Part shown: one piece after another, positions 51,642-61,171 of the stretch
Layout: every line of letters starts with the position of its first letter
Numbering within the stretch: position 1 is the stretch's first letter
DNA from: a virus
DNA: 64,000 nt
IMG/VR virus record: IMGVR_UViG_3300032093_000060
Coordinates: 1 to 64,000 of that record
Reading direction: 5' to 3' (one strand)
Translations under genes and position numbers: made by a program
Notes under the pieces: generated by a model
Databases searched by the model: none
What the model was told of the DNA's origin: nothing
Seen by the model: only the letters and a program-made list of their open reading frames with translations

Positions 51642-52814
51642 TTATCCTATGACAGTAACTCTAATTGCACCACCACCAAATGCTGCATCATTAACATCTA
51701 TTGTGTTTGAACTTGTAATAGTGTAAGTGTAGTCAACACCAGGAACTAAACCATTTAAAGGTGGAAGACCATCTCCAGAAACAGCAACAACAACATCTAG
51801 TGTACCTAAGTTATGTGTAATAGTAACACTACCTGCTCCTGGAAGAACGGTTGGTGTTGAATATTTATTCAAAGTAGTTCGAATAGTAATATCTGTACTT
51901 GTTGAACCTAATAAAATTCCAGTACCTGCTTTTAATCCTTTAGTAGCTAAAGCAGGACCAGTTCCATCATTTACTAATGACTCATGAGTAGTAGTACCTG
52001 CATCTGCTAAAGTAACAGCTGAACCAGTATCAGTATTGGTAATAGTAAAATTAGGGTAAGTACCTGAAGTAGAAATACCTGCTCCAGCTGTAAGTACTAC
52101 TGGTACATTTGGTGCTGAGTTAGTAATAGTTACATCAGTAGCTGTGCTTGAAAGAGTAATTCCTGTACCAGCAGTTAAACCTTTAGTTGCTAATGCTGGA
52201 CCTACACCATCATTAACAAGGGATTCAGTTCCACCAGCAGAAGTCAAAGATGCTTCAATAATACTTGCTGGAACAACAGATGCACCAGTAACATGTCCAA
52301 AAGTATCAAATGTAAAGAATACATCTTGAATAAAAGTATTACCTGAATTATTACTATTTATATCGGCTACAGATGATGTATCAGCATGAGATATAGTAAC
52401 TGTTCCTGTAAATGGATTTGGAGATACTAAAATACCTGGTCCTGCAAGAATTGATGCTAAAATATCATTCTGAAATACGGTATCAAAATATGCTTGAAGT
52501 GCTGGAATATCTACAGATACCGTATATGTAGTTACATTTCCAACAGTATTAGGAACTACATCAATATATGTTGATCCTACAACCACGGTTACAGGAGCAT
52601 TTGTATTACAGATGAAGTTTACTAGTTTAGTAATTACAGTATCTAAGTAATCATATCTGCTAATAACAGTTGTTTGATTACATACTACGTCTGTACCGGT
52701 ATAAACAATGCATTGTGCATTAAACACTTCCGGACAAGAAGGTGGGCATGGAGTAGTTACTACATAAGTATCTGTGCACCCACAAGTGTTACAATTTGAA
52801 TTTGAAGTTGCCAT
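51642..52814 (-). CDS. Fibre/spike-like structural protein with Cys-rich N-terminus and internal duplication
   Basis: 390 aa, T/G/V-rich. AG.GI repeats, ESLVNDG.GPALATKGL.AGTGI twice, C-terminal VTITHNLGT.DV.V. Confidence 0.65.
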   Translation of the reverse strand: MATSNSNCNTCGCTDTYVVTTPCPPSCPEVFNAQCIVYTGTDVVCNQTTVISRYDYLDTVITKLVNFICNTNAPVTVVVGSTYIDVVPNTVGNVTTYTVSVDIPALQAYFDTVFQNDILASILAGPGILVSPNPFTGTVTISHADTSSVADINSNNSGNTFIQDVFFTFDTFGHVTGASVVPASIIEASLTSAGGTESLVNDGVGPALATKGLTAGTGITLSSTATDVTITNSAPNVPVVLTAGAGISTSGTYPNFTITNTDTGSAVTLADAGTTTHESLVNDGTGPALATKGLKAGTGILLGSTSTDITIRTTLNKYSTPTVLPGAGSVTITHNLGTLDVVVAVSGDGLPPLNGLVPGVDYTYTITSSNTIDVNDAAFGGGAIRVTVIG

Positions 52815-52846
52815 TTTTTTTATTTTTATTAAACATATATATACAA

Positions 52847-54571
52847 TTAACTACATGGGTTAGGTGTAGGAATAACTGGATCACAAGGAGCAACAAAAGC
52901 TCTCATACCATCTATTCTTATTATAAACCCTCCCAGTTGATCTGCATGACCAGCATTTTGACTAAATTTCCATTCATCATCTACTTGAAATATTTCAGCA
53001 TTATAAGGATTTGATTGCGGTGCTGGCGGTATAGCAGGAGTAGGTGCATTATAACTTGATGGTGCAGCAGGTATAAATGTTGGTATTTTTTCTCCAGCAA
53101 TTGGATTACTTATCATGCTTCTACCAATTCCACTATACTCCCAACCAGAAGTGGCTGAAGCATATGTCTCATCATATAAAGGACCTCCCCAAAACAATAC
53201 ACCAGTGCTTGAAATTGAAAGACTTCCTAATGAATGTAAGGCAGCATTTTTACCACCAGTAGTTCTTACAGTTCTAAAAATAATAGTTCTTGTTCCACCT
53301 CCTAATGCATATGATCCATCTAAGTTTTGTCCAGGTGAAAGTATACCAGCAGGTATTACAGAATTACCACGATTAAAACTTAATCCAATACCATCATTTC
53401 CTGAAGCCCATGCAGCATTAGCATATGTAACTATTAAACATGAGTCAGGTGCATTTCCTGATTGTACTGTGTTAAATGTATTACCATAATCTAATAAAAT
53501 ATAATCATCAGCATCTGTAGAAACTTGTATATTTCCTCCACCACCAGAATTTCCAGTACCCATTGGTACCACAATATATCCTCTAAAATGTACTTCATTT
53601 CCAATTCTTCTACATTGTGGTCTACCTGGATTAGATGACATAAATGCAAAACCATTTAAATTAATCCATCCTGTATCCTGTACTTGAGCTGTTAAAGTTC
53701 CTGATGTATAAGTTAAGTTAACCGTAGTTGTATCTTGAACAGCAAATGATATATTTTGAACTGCATTATAAACATCACATAATGCTACCCAGATATTATT
53801 TATTGCATCTGCTACAGTATTGTATGAAGCAGACTCAATCCAATTTGGATTATCTGAAAATGGAGTTCCAGTTGTTAATTGTAAATCAGCATCTAAAATA
53901 CAAATAGCATTTACAGCTGATAATAAATCACTTGTGCTTCCTGTAGCTGCATAGTAACCACACCAAACATTATTGATAAACTGCTCTAGTGTTACATTAA
54001 TTGCTTGAGTTGAACCAGTAGGTAATGACCCTATTGTACATCCTAAAGTAAAAGATGGGATTACAAATGTTGGTGCCGGTGTATTTTCTAAAATAGTTAC
54101 TCTAATATCTAAAGCATCAATCTGATCTTGTAAATCAGCAATTGATGCAATAAGATCACAGATCTTATTAGCAAGCATTTGCACATAATCAAGTAACTGC
54201 ATTGTTGCAGGAAGACTTTGATCTGTTTCTCTTAAACAAGATGCAACAGATACTAAACAATCAGGACAAGCAGAAGTATCTTTAATATCTGCTGGAACAC
54301 CTTGAAGTTCACAAATCTTATTAATAAGTAATTGAATAAGAGCTTGAAAATCTTTTGGACCGCATGCTGTAATACCTAAACAAGTAAGATCATAGTTAGT
54401 CACATTTGTTTGATCAAGCAAAGTACAAAGTTCAGTAGCAAGAGCAGCAACAACATCTGATACAGTATCCCCTTTACATATATTGATACATGAGATGTCT
54501 GGTCCTTGCCAAATAACACAGTTACTTGAAATTGGACTACATGGTTTATTATCTAAGTTTAATGGCTTCAT
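52847..54571 (-). CDS. Tail fibre/receptor-binding-like protein
   Basis: 574 aa. Cys-rich N-domain (CSPISSNCVIWQGPDISC), coiled coil, then QDTGWINL...CRRIGNEVHFRG typical of fibre head domains. Confidence 0.62.
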   Translation of the reverse strand: MKPLNLDNKPCSPISSNCVIWQGPDISCINICKGDTVSDVVAALATELCTLLDQTNVTNYDLTCLGITACGPKDFQALIQLLINKICELQGVPADIKDTSACPDCLVSVASCLRETDQSLPATMQLLDYVQMLANKICDLIASIADLQDQIDALDIRVTILENTPAPTFVIPSFTLGCTIGSLPTGSTQAINVTLEQFINNVWCGYYAATGSTSDLLSAVNAICILDADLQLTTGTPFSDNPNWIESASYNTVADAINNIWVALCDVYNAVQNISFAVQDTTTVNLTYTSGTLTAQVQDTGWINLNGFAFMSSNPGRPQCRRIGNEVHFRGYIVVPMGTGNSGGGGNIQVSTDADDYILLDYGNTFNTVQSGNAPDSCLIVTYANAAWASGNDGIGLSFNRGNSVIPAGILSPGQNLDGSYALGGGTRTIIFRTVRTTGGKNAALHSLGSLSISSTGVLFWGGPLYDETYASATSGWEYSGIGRSMISNPIAGEKIPTFIPAAPSSYNAPTPAIPPAPQSNPYNAEIFQVDDEWKFSQNAGHADQLGGFIIRIDGMRAFVAPCDPVIPTPNPCS

Positions 54572-54586
54572 AGTGATATCTATTTA

Positions 54587-54617
54587 TAATATACAAATTA
54601 ATTTCCACAATTGCAAG
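54587..54617 (-). promoter_or_regulatory. Putative promoter CTTG-N20-TATATTA
   Basis: On the + strand, CAAG at 54614-54617 (inside the upstream gene end) and TAATATA at 54587-54593. Confidence 0.5.
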
Positions 54618-56652
54618 TAGAATATGTTTTTCCTGAACTGCATGAACAAGGACACTCAGGACACTTATAATTAGGATCCTTGAGAGCTTGTAAATCTATC
54701 AATTCTTTTAAGAGTAACCACTTCTCATCTTCATCTGGACAACAGTTTGTAATCCCATATCTTTTTTCTAAAACAATCTTGTACATAATATCTGCAAAAC
54801 GACATGTGATCTCATCATATCTATCAGAGTTACAGTTAGGTGTATTATATCCTGGACGTACTGTTCTATTATTTACAAAGACCGGATGAGGACAAACACC
54901 ATTTTGACATGTACCAAATGTTTCTACATATAGAAATTGACCTTCTGGTAAGTCTGGAAGTATCCACCTCTTAGCACAAATTTTATCAGAAGTTTCATTT
55001 ACTAATAATGTAATTTCTACTTCATTATTTTCACAATCAATATAACTTACTGTTTTTGTTGACGCTGTAAGATTTGTGATTTTATTGCAAAGACATGGTG
55101 CATCTACAAAACAATCTTCACATGTTTCAAAATTAGATACTACAACTACATCTGTAGTTTGTGTAAACACTCTTGTTTCTGTTACTTGCCAACAGTTATC
55201 ACAATTTTCAATTTTGATTACTTCACCAACATGTGTACTTAAGTTTGTTGTAGTGTACAGTATATTGGTTTGATCAAAGCAATCTACTAATTTATAGTAT
55301 GTTTTTTTACATGCTGTACAATTCTCAAAAATAAAATCTACAACAACCGGTGTGTCTGTTGGAGGAGCAATTTTTATTTGTTCAACCAAATAACATCCAC
55401 AGTCTATTTCAATAGTTTGACCAATATATTGAGACAAATCTGTTGTAGTATAGAAATGCACTTGATCTGTGTCACAATCAATTAATTTATATGCAATTAC
55501 TGGAATACATGTTTCACAAGAACTATAAAATTGTGTAACTATTACTTCCTGTGCACAATCACAGTCATCAGTGATTTCAATTTCCCAACACCCTTCTTGA
55601 CCTACAATTACAACTACTTGGTTATTTAAATAATATTGATTTAAATTTGATTGAGTAGTAATTGTTTCACCAGTTTGACAATTAGTAAGTAAATAACATA
55701 CTTCAGGACATTCTCCATCTATACAAGGAAAACCTTGAACTACTTGATACTCACCAGGAGTTCCTGTTACCCATGGATATACTCTTGAACAAAACTCATT
55801 TGCTGTTGGATCTTTTACAACTTGATTGTCACAGTTAATGTATTGCAATTGCCTTACAGTTCCTGTAATATTATAACATAAACAAGGACATGGGGCAATG
55901 GCTACTGCATTAAATATGACATCTACTGCATTTGAACATGGAGTATCTTTTAAAATTACAAACCAAGTTCCAGCAATTGGACCTGCTTGATTTGATATTG
56001 TTATATACTGACCTATATAAGCTGATAGATCAGTATTAGTATCAAAGAATAAGCCTTCACAGTTTACTAATGTATAACATGGAGGAGGTGGACACTCTGG
56101 ACATTCCCCTGCATAGTCATCACATTCAGCATCAAAGCTTGCTCCATATACAATAAAATTAGCAGGAGGAGGTGGTGCAGGTAGGTTAATGAATTCATTA
56201 AAATCTATTTCAATAACTTCTACTGAATAACATGAATTTATAAATCCCGGAGGTAATGCAAACAATGGACTTGGTGCAATTACACCACCATATTGTAAAT
56301 AGTCATTTCCTTGAAATTCAAAAAAGTTGTTTTTATCACAACAACTTGAGAATATCATTTTTAAATATGGTGCTGGAATATCACATGGTATACAGTCTGC
56401 ACTTAAACATCCAAAATCTGTTACTGTAAAATCAGCAACATCAGGTGCATTTGGATATAAGTTAAATACAGCACCCTGATAAGTAATGGTGTAACAATAT
56501 CCGGTTTGGAAATTTACACCACCTGAAATTGTTGGTAGCCCAGTATAGACAAAAGTTCCATTAAGTGGTAATGTTGCATTTGGAATATTAAAAAGACCAT
56601 CCTGATCTCCATCACAACAAGCAATTATTCTATAATAGGGTACTCCAGACAT
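54598..56652 (-). CDS. Cysteine-rich repeat structural protein
   Basis: 684 aa. Four ~63-aa Y.L.(D/N)C...(D/N)L..(Y/H)...C..C repeats and two CLC..IT...Y..C repeats. Confidence 0.65.
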   Translation of the reverse strand: MSGVPYYRIIACCDGDQDGLFNIPNATLPLNGTFVYTGLPTISGGVNFQTGYCYTITYQGAVFNLYPNAPDVADFTVTDFGCLSADCIPCDIPAPYLKMIFSSCCDKNNFFEFQGNDYLQYGGVIAPSPLFALPPGFINSCYSVEVIEIDFNEFINLPAPPPPANFIVYGASFDAECDDYAGECPECPPPPCYTLVNCEGLFFDTNTDLSAYIGQYITISNQAGPIAGTWFVILKDTPCSNAVDVIFNAVAIAPCPCLCYNITGTVRQLQYINCDNQVVKDPTANEFCSRVYPWVTGTPGEYQVVQGFPCIDGECPEVCYLLTNCQTGETITTQSNLNQYYLNNQVVVIVGQEGCWEIEITDDCDCAQEVIVTQFYSSCETCIPVIAYKLIDCDTDQVHFYTTTDLSQYIGQTIEIDCGCYLVEQIKIAPPTDTPVVVDFIFENCTACKKTYYKLVDCFDQTNILYTTTNLSTHVGEVIKIENCDNCWQVTETRVFTQTTDVVVVSNFETCEDCFVDAPCLCNKITNLTASTKTVSYIDCENNEVEITLLVNETSDKICAKRWILPDLPEGQFLYVETFGTCQNGVCPHPVFVNNRTVRPGYNTPNCNSDRYDEITCRFADIMYKIVLEKRYGITNCCPDEDEKWLLLKELIDLQALKDPNYKCPECPCSCSSGKTYSTCNCGN

Positions 56653-56846
56653 TATTGAGTATATTTTTTTAGTTCATCCACTTTGTTTGGTTCTTTTGTA
56701 TAATCAATTTGAACCGGTTGTATTTTTGTTTTAAGAGATGCTTCATAAGATAATAAGCAAGTAGAACAAACTGCTTTTCCATCACTTGCGGTTCTTCTTT
56801 GACATCCACAAGAAAGAGCACTTTTACAATTTATACATGTTGACAT
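56652..56846 (-). CDS. Small Cys-rich (possibly Zn-binding) protein
   Basis: 64 aa, CxxC-x4-SCGC-x11-CxxC. Coupled to the next gene. Confidence 0.65.
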   Translation of the reverse strand: MSTCINCKSALSCGCQRRTASDGKAVCSTCLLSYEASLKTKIQPVQIDYTKEPNKVDELKKYTQ

Positions 56847-56865
56847 AGTTGTTGGTTTTTATAGT

Positions 56866-57405
56866 TTAACAATTTTTACATTCAAATTTATTTAAAAGTT
56901 TTACTGCATAGTTAAATAAAGTCATACCTTCTTGACTTAAATGGCATGTTTCTATTTTAGCTTTTGCGGCATCCAAATACATTCTAATTAATCTTAGCTC
57001 TCTCAGCTTCTCTTTAATCTTTGCAGGAGGATCACAATTTGCAGCATCTATATTACAAAGAATTTTCTCATATTTATTTAATGCACATGTAATTCTTAAG
57101 TGATTATATTCTACATACACTTTACACTCTGGATCTACTGCATATTTTACTATATATAAACCATCAGGTAAGTTTACGTAAGAAGTACCACAACTTTCTG
57201 TTTGTAATTCTAAATCACATGCTGTAAGAGTTGGAGTTGAATTTGGAACAAAATGTAATTCAACAGCACTGAATCCAGGAACCGTTACAAATAATCTAGG
57301 TCTGAATATTCCTACTAATGGTGAATATACACTTGTGTCAAATATCTTAAACACACATGAATTTGAAACAGTAGGTATTTCTAAACTTAATACATGATTT
57401 GCCAT
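56866..57405 (-). CDS. Structural protein (beta-sandwich N-terminus, helical C-terminus)
   Basis: 179 aa, LPDGLYIVKYAV motif. Located in the structural operon. Confidence 0.55.
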   Translation of the reverse strand: MANHVLSLEIPTVSNSCVFKIFDTSVYSPLVGIFRPRLFVTVPGFSAVELHFVPNSTPTLTACDLELQTESCGTSYVNLPDGLYIVKYAVDPECKVYVEYNHLRITCALNKYEKILCNIDAANCDPPAKIKEKLRELRLIRMYLDAAKAKIETCHLSQEGMTLFNYAVKLLNKFECKNC

Positions 57406-57415
57406 ATTCTTTATA

Positions 57416-57455
57416 ATAAAAAAGGAGAGGAGAGATTATACTCTCACTCTCCTTT
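57416..57455 (-). terminator. Rho-independent terminator after the 470-aa gene
   Basis: - strand AAAGGAGAGTGAGAG-TATAAT-CTCTCCTCTCCTTT followed by TTT. Confidence 0.82.
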
Positions 57456-57476
57456 ATGAGTTTATATCTACTAAAA

Positions 57477-58889
57477 TTAGATTACCGGACTAGTTACAGC
57501 AGGTAGTGGCACATTAGGTGTAGATGCTGCACAAGCTACTCCAAGAGGAATGCTGTCAACAATACAACTAGATTCACAACTTGTTAACCAAGCAACTAAC
57601 TGATTGTAGATGGTAGTACCAATTGCACCCAAAGTTCCATTAAGAGCTGGGTTAGCTGGAGTAATGATCTCAATTAAATACTGATCATTATCAAACGTTC
57701 CAGTTGGATTGTAAAGTCTAGGAACATTATGCTGAATGAAAATTCTATCATAGTAAGCATTTCTAGACAAACCAGCAGCTTGATACAAGTCATATCCTTG
57801 AGTAATTTCTCGGATACGTAGATCAGTTGCAAGATGGTTTTGTCTGTATGCTTCAGAAAGAACTACATCTCTTACTACAGTTTCTCCAATACCATTTGAT
57901 TGGCGACCATAACATTGTACACCAACACAAAGTGATTGGAATTCACAAGGTGAACCTGTGTAATCTACTTCAGAAGCATAGATTCTTACTGGCTCTAATT
58001 CATAGAAATCAGAAACTTGGAACGTACAGTTACCAAATTTAGTTTCTACATAAGCTCCATTAAGAACTAAACCAGCACACTCACCAGCTTGATATCCAAG
58101 ATCTGGATCTGCAGGAGTACCGAAAGTACTATAGTGTAAATAACTTACACCAGGAATTACAGGTAAAGAAGTTAATACAACTTCTTCTGGATAGTAATAT
58201 TTCCAGTTTAAACCATTATCGTTAGTAAATGTAACAATAGGATACGCAAATTGATTTAATAATACATTTTGTCTTAATTGTTGAGCCCATGCAATAAATA
58301 CTCTACGTGGATCTACTGGAGTTGGAGTAGCAAGTGGAGTTACAGGACAACATCCAGTGTAAGCTTCAAGAGTCTCATATCCATTGTGGTTCAAAGTTCT
58401 AAGAACTGGAGAACCTTTAACATCAATGCGTAAGTAATAAGTCTCACCACATAAGAATTGCTTACAACAAGTACCAGCAGTTTCTCCTGGTTCAGAAGAA
58501 GAAGGTGGGTTAAGTAAGTTCCATGGAGTTACACCAACGTTCAAAATATAGTTTTGTGGAGCATTTGCAGGAACTGCATACATTCTACTAGCATATCTAG
58601 ATTTGATAGTCTTACTTTTGTTAGACTCTAAGTATCCTCCAGCGAAAGGACCAATTTTGTCATTTGCCATTAAAGATCCAGTTGCAATAATTACTTCACA
58701 ACAAGAAGGATCTAATGGAGATGGACTGTTAAGAACAGGTCTTACTGTAAATGTATTAGGGTCAATCCAAGTAAGTTGCCCTGCAGTAAGCATGTTTGCT
58801 GTAGATGTACCTAACTGTACACCACTAAGCGGAGAAATACCCTGGGTTGCCACCATGGTCTTTCTATAAGCGTGATTAAAATAAGCCAT
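57477..58889 (-). CDS. Abundant structural protein (possibly auxiliary capsid/decoration)
   Basis: 470 aa, with its own promoter-like element and terminator. CGETYYLRIDVKG and PTGTFDNDQY motifs. Confidence 0.55.
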   Translation of the reverse strand: MAYFNHAYRKTMVATQGISPLSGVQLGTSTANMLTAGQLTWIDPNTFTVRPVLNSPSPLDPSCCEVIIATGSLMANDKIGPFAGGYLESNKSKTIKSRYASRMYAVPANAPQNYILNVGVTPWNLLNPPSSSEPGETAGTCCKQFLCGETYYLRIDVKGSPVLRTLNHNGYETLEAYTGCCPVTPLATPTPVDPRRVFIAWAQQLRQNVLLNQFAYPIVTFTNDNGLNWKYYYPEEVVLTSLPVIPGVSYLHYSTFGTPADPDLGYQAGECAGLVLNGAYVETKFGNCTFQVSDFYELEPVRIYASEVDYTGSPCEFQSLCVGVQCYGRQSNGIGETVVRDVVLSEAYRQNHLATDLRIREITQGYDLYQAAGLSRNAYYDRIFIQHNVPRLYNPTGTFDNDQYLIEIITPANPALNGTLGAIGTTIYNQLVAWLTSCESSCIVDSIPLGVACAASTPNVPLPAVTSPVI

Positions 58890-58919
58890 TTGTTTTTGTT
58901 TTAGTTAATAAATATACTA

Positions 58920-58950
58920 TAATATAGTAAAAAGTTTTTTAATCTCCAAA
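58920..58950 (-). promoter_or_regulatory. Putative promoter TTTG-N20-TATATTA
   Basis: On the + strand, CAAA at 58947-58950 and TAATATA at 58920-58926. Confidence 0.65.
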
Positions 58951-59469
58951 TTATTTTAAGAAAAGTAATTTATACTTAGCTGAGTTAAGCGCATCCTTTA
59001 CCAAGTCTAAGTTATTTACTATTTCTGAGTAAGGCAACATGCCTTGTAACTTGTTAATCATTCCATAAATATCTCTGATGTAACCAACTGCATCAGCTGT
59101 TGTATCTAGAGTTCTTGGTGGTACCTCTTTATATGAAAGTAATTTCTCAGCAGCTCCCTGATATCCTTCTATAAGAGTATCTGCAAAATCTGGTATTGCA
59201 TCATAAAGATTATTCAAAGCTTTATGTGCAGCATATGATCCTTCACCTTTTACCTTTAAGTGCAGTTTATGAAAGCTTGTTCTTGCATTCATTAATTCAC
59301 TAGCACATGCAGCAACCATTGTATCTAATGAACTACCACCTACACCAGTATCTGGAGTTGGTTGTGGTTTTGCAGGTTCACTTTTTGGTTGAGTTACTGT
59401 TACCTGTGGTCTACTAATTGTTTTAGTAGGTTCAGGATTTCTTTTTAAAAGTCTTGATTTTGCTTCCAT
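58951..59469 (-). CDS. Ferritin/Dps-like four-helix protein (DUF5856-like)
   Basis: 172 aa. HKLHLKVKG..SYAAHKAL..LYD....AD.LIEGYQG, C-terminal KYKL.FL. Confidence 0.78.
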   Translation of the reverse strand: MEAKSRLLKRNPEPTKTISRPQVTVTQPKSEPAKPQPTPDTGVGGSSLDTMVAACASELMNARTSFHKLHLKVKGEGSYAAHKALNNLYDAIPDFADTLIEGYQGAAEKLLSYKEVPPRTLDTTADAVGYIRDIYGMINKLQGMLPYSEIVNNLDLVKDALNSAKYKLLFLK

Positions 59470-59471
59470 TA

Positions 59472-60170
59472 TTAGTTATTTCTTTCTGCACCTTCTGTAC
59501 CTCTAGAGAATTGATTACCTGATTCAATATCTCCGGCAAGTATACTAGCTGCCTCATCTATTATTAATTCAATTATATCATCTTTAAATTCTGACTCAAC
59601 ATTGGTTGTAGAAGCTATGTTAGTATAAGGATCTACACAACCGTCAATTTGAATTTTAATTGGTTGTCTATAATATATAAGATCAACCTCTTCAATATCA
59701 AATTCATTATTTGTATAGACATTTACATTACCACTCTTTAATGTTGCAAAAGTTTCACTCCATTCAAAATTTGGTTGTTTTGATTTGTCTCTTAAAAGTT
59801 CTCTTAAGTTACCTTCTTCTGCAAGGTATACCATCATTGATCTTTTATCACAACAGTCTTTTCTAGCTAGTACATCAACTCTTTTCCATTGAAGATAGTC
59901 TTCAGGTAAAGCACCAGTATAATAGTATTCTTTATCTGCAATAGTGACGTCATAAGTTTGAAGAAGAACTTGTAAATCATCTTTTCTTCTTGTTGAACCT
60001 TCATCACCTTCTTTAGTAAGATTAATACCATGAAGTTGTCTCCGGGCCCATTCAACCTGAGCCTTATTAAAGGCCTCAACAATTTGCCAGCAAGTTATGT
60101 TATCATAGTCCTGACTGTCTAGCTTATTGAGCCTTTGTTTAATCTTTATGGTAAGAGTACTATTAAGCAT
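59472..60170 (-). CDS. Head-tail connector/ring protein (crAss-like)
   Basis: 232 aa. RLNKLDSQ...AFNKAQ, RRKDDLQVL, LPEDYL, YYRQP, ELIIDEAA. Confidence 0.65.
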   Translation of the reverse strand: MLNSTLTIKIKQRLNKLDSQDYDNITCWQIVEAFNKAQVEWARRQLHGINLTKEGDEGSTRRKDDLQVLLQTYDVTIADKEYYYTGALPEDYLQWKRVDVLARKDCCDKRSMMVYLAEEGNLRELLRDKSKQPNFEWSETFATLKSGNVNVYTNNEFDIEEVDLIYYRQPIKIQIDGCVDPYTNIASTTNVESEFKDDIIELIIDEAASILAGDIESGNQFSRGTEGAERNN

Positions 60171-60173
60171 GTC

Positions 60174-60740
60174 TTATTTTTTTCTTTTTACAGGACCACC
60201 TTTTTTACTCTTGGTCTTTTGAACATTCATATATTCTTCATATGCTCCTTGTATGGGTGGATAAACAATTGGTGCATTAGCTCTACTCTTTAGTAGTTTT
60301 TTTACGTCCATGTTACGTTCTTCACTAGGTGCATACATTCTTGGACCTCTACCATTAGACATTGGGTCATTATTTAATGCTGCAGCATTAGCAAAAATAG
60401 ATTGTGCTTCAGTCATAGGTCCCATTTGTATACCATTGTCAGCTCTTTTTAATGACTTTTTAAACATATCCATTTCCCCACCAGCTTGCTTAATAGCTTT
60501 TTCTTTATTATCATTAAAGAATTTAAGTGGATTTACTTTTGTATCTCTAGACATTCTAGAAACTACATCTCCCTTTTTATTAGTTCTAGTTTTCTCAATG
60601 TGTTTTCCACCACTTGGCATTTTAAAAACCTCCTTGGACATTTTACTGCCAAATAAACCGGCTCTTTCAATAAGTTTTCCTTGAACTTCTTTACCATCAA
60701 ATTCTCTAGATATTGATGAAACTTTTCTACCCTTTCCCAT
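60174..60740 (-). CDS. Small basic hypothetical protein
   Basis: 188 aa, K/M-rich, ends SKKGGPVKRKK. Operon spacing of a few nt. Confidence 0.7.
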   Translation of the reverse strand: MGKGRKVSSISREFDGKEVQGKLIERAGLFGSKMSKEVFKMPSGGKHIEKTRTNKKGDVVSRMSRDTKVNPLKFFNDNKEKAIKQAGGEMDMFKKSLKRADNGIQMGPMTEAQSIFANAAALNNDPMSNGRGPRMYAPSEERNMDVKKLLKSRANAPIVYPPIQGAYEEYMNVQKTKSKKGGPVKRKK

Positions 60741-60745
60741 AATTA

Positions 60746-61126
60746 TTATTTTTTACGCATTTTACTTAATGTAATAGCAAGTCTTGCTCTTTGCCCAAGC
60801 TTACCACCCTTCTTTGCCGCAGCTTGTAGTTTGGCTTTAGGAATTTTCTCACCTTTTTTAACACCAAGAGATTCTCTTAATGCCCCAGGTTTTTTAATAG
60901 CTCCTTTTATCCAACCACCTTTTTTAGCACTAAAAAGTTTAGGCTCTGGTTTTTCAGGTTCCATATTTATCGTAGGTTTATTAGCACCTCTTAAAACTCC
61001 TTTAAGTGTTCTTGTTTCTTTAACACTTTCAGGTTCACCATATCTTTTTTTAACTACTGTTTTGTAGTTACCATCTGGAGAGTAAAACTTTTGTTTTGCT
61101 TCTCTTGGATTTTTTTTATTAGGCAT
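60746..61126 (-). CDS. Small basic phage protein
   Basis: 126 aa. C-domain WIKGAIKKPGALRESLGVKKGEKIP...RARLA.TL, preceded by AKKGG. Confidence 0.75.
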   Translation of the reverse strand: MPNKKNPREAKQKFYSPDGNYKTVVKKRYGEPESVKETRTLKGVLRGANKPTINMEPEKPEPKLFSAKKGGWIKGAIKKPGALRESLGVKKGEKIPKAKLQAAAKKGGKLGQRARLAITLSKMRKK

Positions 61127-61130
61127 GACT

Positions 61131-61169
61131 TTACTTTTTTACTTTACCTTTATTTCTACAACTACACAT
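61131..61169 (-). CDS. 12-aa micro-ORF MCSCRNKGKVKK (not in ORF track)
   Basis: ATG is 2 nt after the upstream stop and TAA is 4 nt before the downstream ATG, so it fills the gap. Confidence 0.55.
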   Translation of the reverse strand: MCSCRNKGKVKK

Positions 61170-61171
61170 AA

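Noticed and set aside
51642-56652. Diversity-generating retroelement targeting the fibres
   Set aside because: No reverse transcriptase and no adenine-specific template/variable repeat pair seen. The internal duplication is in-frame and diverged.
57477-58889. Major capsid protein call
   Set aside because: Size and expression signals fit, but I cannot recognise HK97 or crAss MCP motifs. MCP, portal and terminase probably lie beyond the right edge.
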